Assembly (NCBI GenBank): GCA_964440095.1
Contig: CAYTPZ010000003.1
Span: 21,671 to 85,670, forward strand
Direction: 5' to 3'
DNA: 64,000 bases
From: an uncultured bacterium
Lineage (GTDB): Bacteria; Krumholzibacteriota; Krumholzibacteriia; JACNKJ01
Shown here: positions 62,701 through 64,000 of the stretch, one piece after another
How the letters are laid out: each line of letters begins with the position of its first letter
How positions within the stretch are numbered: the first letter of the stretch is position 1
The notes under the pieces: generated by a model
Database searches by the model: none
What the model was told of the DNA's origin: nothing
What the model saw: only the letters and a program-made list of their open reading frames with translations
Made by a program: the position numbers and the translations under genes

Positions 62701-62970
62701 GTCACTGAACTCAACCATGAGGGCGAGCACGTCCACCGTGTCGGTCTCGGCATCGCGATTCCAGACCTGGGGATCATCTAAGGCGCGAATGAGTTCGGCG
62801 CTGCGCGTGCTGAGCCGATGCTCGATTTCGGGCGCGAGGGAACCCGGCGCTAGCGCGTCCTCTGGAACAGGGGCCGGAGGCACGGGAAGCGCGAAAAGCA
62901 GGGAAGGGATGGCCACAAAGAGGACCGGGAGCCAAAGCTTTCCCGGCCACTTAAGTACTTGAGGCAAGGC
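59743..62970 (-). CDS. Large secreted FG-GAP/VCBS-repeat protein with M6 (InhA)-like domain and degenerate T9SS-type C-terminal domain
   Basis: Likely TTG start (signal peptide PQVLKWPGKLWLPVLFVAIPSLLFA). The track ORF is extended through the upstream heptamer array to 63312. DxDGDGxxE calcium-loop repeats. M6-like block VMVHQMGGYLGLVGLNDY...GNFDVMSSGLW. C-terminal KIEIFDLEGQRLW...GLYFFRI. Confidence 0.6.
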   Translation of the reverse strand, partial: ALPQVLKWPGKLWLPVLFVAIPSLLFALPVPPAPVPEDALAPGSLAPEIEHRLSTRSAELIRALDDPQVWNRDAETDTVDVLALMVEFSDVRMPDSLQNLSDGVMHCRRDWFADQLERVNDYYRSMSGERLFINYTVPDTLFSLPRAMSVYGDDNLDWTLGVHWLAADAVALADSTQDFSAYDLTVFIHAGAGQESDLNRDSPEQIWSGYVDFESITEAFADSLPDYEGIVTGDQDSTYRLQRFAIAPEEEIEESLNPPYVLGALGVMVHQMGGYLGLVGLNDYIAPQGQGAGNFDVMSSGLWNALGFVPGPPSAFNRMLMGWAEVVEYSKDDAESILDLSIPSMSQLHRFPISDREYFLVENRDQDADGDSLFTFGDSNDNYIPDFGETLLDAEWDYFTTQANAEDHVPGSGLFIWRIDEELLHLSFLLGSNVINAWNEHYGVCLLEADGFADLSYSPGYHPEAYGSDYDAFRAAGGPNDLIATQTFVDADAYPNTLSAEGAETGWSFSGIGAHGPMMSYSAQWEGSADWTVNRIELPAYYPLGAPLGFYDGLAARFIFAAWDGVSSTRLISMDLEAGSFDELADIAGVSAGSPAAGDLDGDGDYEIVLLDGTGGVYAWHLNGEPLGDTALLLQLEGWFSQGPMLHDVDEDGDLDIFLLHIQSNETHTRPRFIDEEGIDVGPGWAEIAGLPASAPALLMSVDENERGYDHPAAVNATVAFALSDSTLRIHGLPLGPEESIWALTRPCPCLNTQLSSGDLDGDGSDELQILRSGVVELYHPMGRFEGHLAGEFEITPDPIYNFADISSLGGTVLPLDSDGNGSLEMMALYPGSAGLWSADGAFFSDWPRALPANAPLVWTDDPAVWALSMRDDAGMDRPLIFTRDGRLLPEGPSSKAQLLGASIPASPVIAAGEFGFELMGLSFFDGVDGTSAAEDTLLSTPELSFWHMPLTPTGAYPVWAMAGGNPTRSGRVLAAGPVEVSSNGSATFAEAYPYPNPAGSGVTWRVRADSPDRVKIEIFDLEGQRLWSDTMNLDGFSPGERELSLDEFAPGLYFFRIQSETSGRQEMGRLAVIR

Positions 62971-63043
62971 AACCGCCTGGGTTTGAGGAGCGTCCCTGGA
63001 TCGGCGCGGAATTATAGGAGGGGCTCTGCGGAGCGTCAAGGAC

Positions 63044-63118
63044 GGGCTGGCCGCTGGCCGCTGACCGCTAACCGCTGACCGCTGACCGCTGGCCGCTGAC
63101 CGCTGACCGCTGACCGCC
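63044..63118. repeat. Tandem heptanucleotide array (CCGCTRR) x~10
   Basis: gggctggCCGCTggCCGCTgaCCGCTaaCCGCTgaCCGCTgaCCGCTggCCGCTgaCCGCTgaCCGCTgaCCGCC, ~75-150 bp upstream of the M6-like cargo gene start. Confidence 0.8.
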
Positions 63119-63125
63119 AGAGAGC

Positions 63126-63398
63126 TTAGTCGTCCTTTTTTCCGAGCAGATTGGCCAAAAATCCGCCTTTTCGCTCTGGGGCTCCGATTTTCACATCGGT
63201 GACACCGTCGGGCAAGGCATTCAGCTCGGCCAGAAGATCGTCCAGATTCAGGCCGTGCATGACCGCCCCCATTTTCAGAGGTTCGGTGGTGACGGCCGGG
63301 CAGGTGAAGCATCCCTCGCCCATGAACTTGCGAATGACCGTGTCGGCGCCCGCCTTGATCTTGAAGACGTCGCCAATGAGGGTGTCGCCGTTAATCAT
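63126..63398 (-). CDS. DUF1858-domain protein (hybrid-cluster-protein-associated redox disulfide-type domain)
   Basis: FMGEGCFTCPAVTTEPLKMGAVMHGLNLDDLLAELNAL matches the DUF1858 pattern (M-x-C-x-x-C ... HG-x-D-x-x-L-x-x-LN). Confidence 0.5.
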   Translation of the reverse strand: MINGDTLIGDVFKIKAGADTVIRKFMGEGCFTCPAVTTEPLKMGAVMHGLNLDDLLAELNALPDGVTDVKIGAPERKGGFLANLLGKKDD

Positions 63399-63799
63399 TT
63401 CGCCACCTTAAGCGGACTGAGACCGCGCCACATGATAACCAGGAAGATGAGAACACCCGCGAACTCCAGCCATCCACCGAGGGGAAGTACCCATAGCATG
63501 GGTATGCCGTTAAGGCGCAAAGTCCAACCTGTGATCATGAGCAGCAATCCCACTAAAGACAACCAGAAATGCAGGGTCGCCCAAGCCCAGGGAATGACGG
63601 CATGACCCTGGAATCGCGGAATGATGTGGTAGCCCACTCCGAAGATCATGTTGGCCATGAAGCCCACGAGCAGCAGATGTGTGTGCACGGGCAGGTAGCG
63701 CATCATGGCTTCGGAGCTGGCCATGCCCAGACCCAGAAGCATACCGATAACGATGCTCAGCACCGATATCTTCACGAAGTTTCGCGCGTAGCTTTCCAT
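63395..63799 (-). CDS. Hypothetical 4-TM membrane protein
   Basis: Four predicted TM helices with conserved His (HTHLLLVGFMANMIFGVGYHIIPRF). The stop overlaps the DUF1858 gene start. Confidence 0.4.
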   Translation of the reverse strand: MESYARNFVKISVLSIVIGMLLGLGMASSEAMMRYLPVHTHLLLVGFMANMIFGVGYHIIPRFQGHAVIPWAWATLHFWLSLVGLLLMITGWTLRLNGIPMLWVLPLGGWLEFAGVLIFLVIMWRGLSPLKVAK

Positions 63800-63802
63800 T
63801 TT

Positions 63803-64000
63803 TTACGTCCTTGCAATTTCGAATTCGAAGCGCTCCGCTCCCGCGAATACGGAAGCCGGCATACTCAAGGTGAATCCCTCGGCGGCAGCCTCCACGAAAG
63901 AGGACATCCAAATGCCGTGGAGTTCGTACATCAGTTCGGGGGAGCATCCACTGCCCTCCCAGTACTTGGACAAGGTCAGCTCGGGCACGGCCCATCGCAT
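63803..64000 (-). CDS. Hypothetical small protein (ATG exactly at the window end)
   Basis: ORF with ATG at 63998-64000. No recognisable motif. Confidence 0.25.
   Translation of the reverse strand: MRWAVPELTLSKYWEGSGCSPELMYELHGIWMSSFVEAAAEGFTLSMPASVFAGAERFEFEIART

Noticed and set aside
63044-63118. Could the heptamer arrays be CRISPR arrays?
   Set aside because: The repeat unit is only 7 bp, with no unique spacers between units. There are no cas genes. These are microsatellite-like tandem repeats, not CRISPRs.
59743-63312. The track ORF extends the M6-like gene N-terminus through SGQRSAASGQRSAVSGQRPAAS
   Set aside because: That peptide repeat is the translation of the intergenic CCGCTNN array, whose 7-bp unit gives a drifting 7-aa period. 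A signal peptide begins downstream at a TTG (PQVLKWPGKLWLPVLFVAIPSLLFA), so the true start is ~62970.

Overview
This 64 kb window has high GC content and is almost entirely coding on the minus strand. About 50 genes run right-to-left; lpxH is the only clear plus-strand gene. The long plus-strand ORFs in the track are antisense artefacts of the high GC content.

Housekeeping content:
- TCA genes: the acnA 5' end and sdhC-sdhA-sdhB. The single cytochrome b558-type subunit is the Bacillus/Bacteroides arrangement.
- tRNA-Asp.
- A roughly 10 kb, tightly overlapping operon: phoH, 7TM-HDIG, ybeY, corC, DUF502, a short mgtE, recO, glyQ, glyS.
- Further housekeeping genes: aspS, hisS, ppdK, anmK, a tryptophanase/tyrosine phenol-lyase family gene, degP, an M23 peptidase, and an AmiC-type amidase with LysM domains.
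- A 286-aa primary sigma factor of the Bacteroidota/FCB type.

Secreted-protein content:
- Six very large secreted proteins carrying the same roughly 80-aa C-terminal sorting domain (FPNPFNP...VYDVTGR...SGVYF, T9SS type-A / FlgD-Ig-like CTD). These include a gingipain-like C25 peptidase with a P-domain, a multi-BNR protein, a lamin-tail-domain protein and an M6-like protein.
- Two paralogous giant lipoproteins and a PorV/FadL-like outer-membrane barrel.

Lineage inference: an uncultured FCB-superphylum organism. The exact phylum cannot be fixed from the sequence.

Observations most worth a second look:
- A translationally coupled LTD-cargo / lipoprotein / beta-barrel triplet.
- Heptanucleotide (CCGCTNN)n tandem arrays at three intergenic sites, two of them in the promoter regions of secreted-protein genes.
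- An M6-like domain whose HExxH motif is degenerate.
- A natural short MgtE.

Coordinates that I derived from the sequence lines, rather than from the ORF track, may be off by 1-3 nt.
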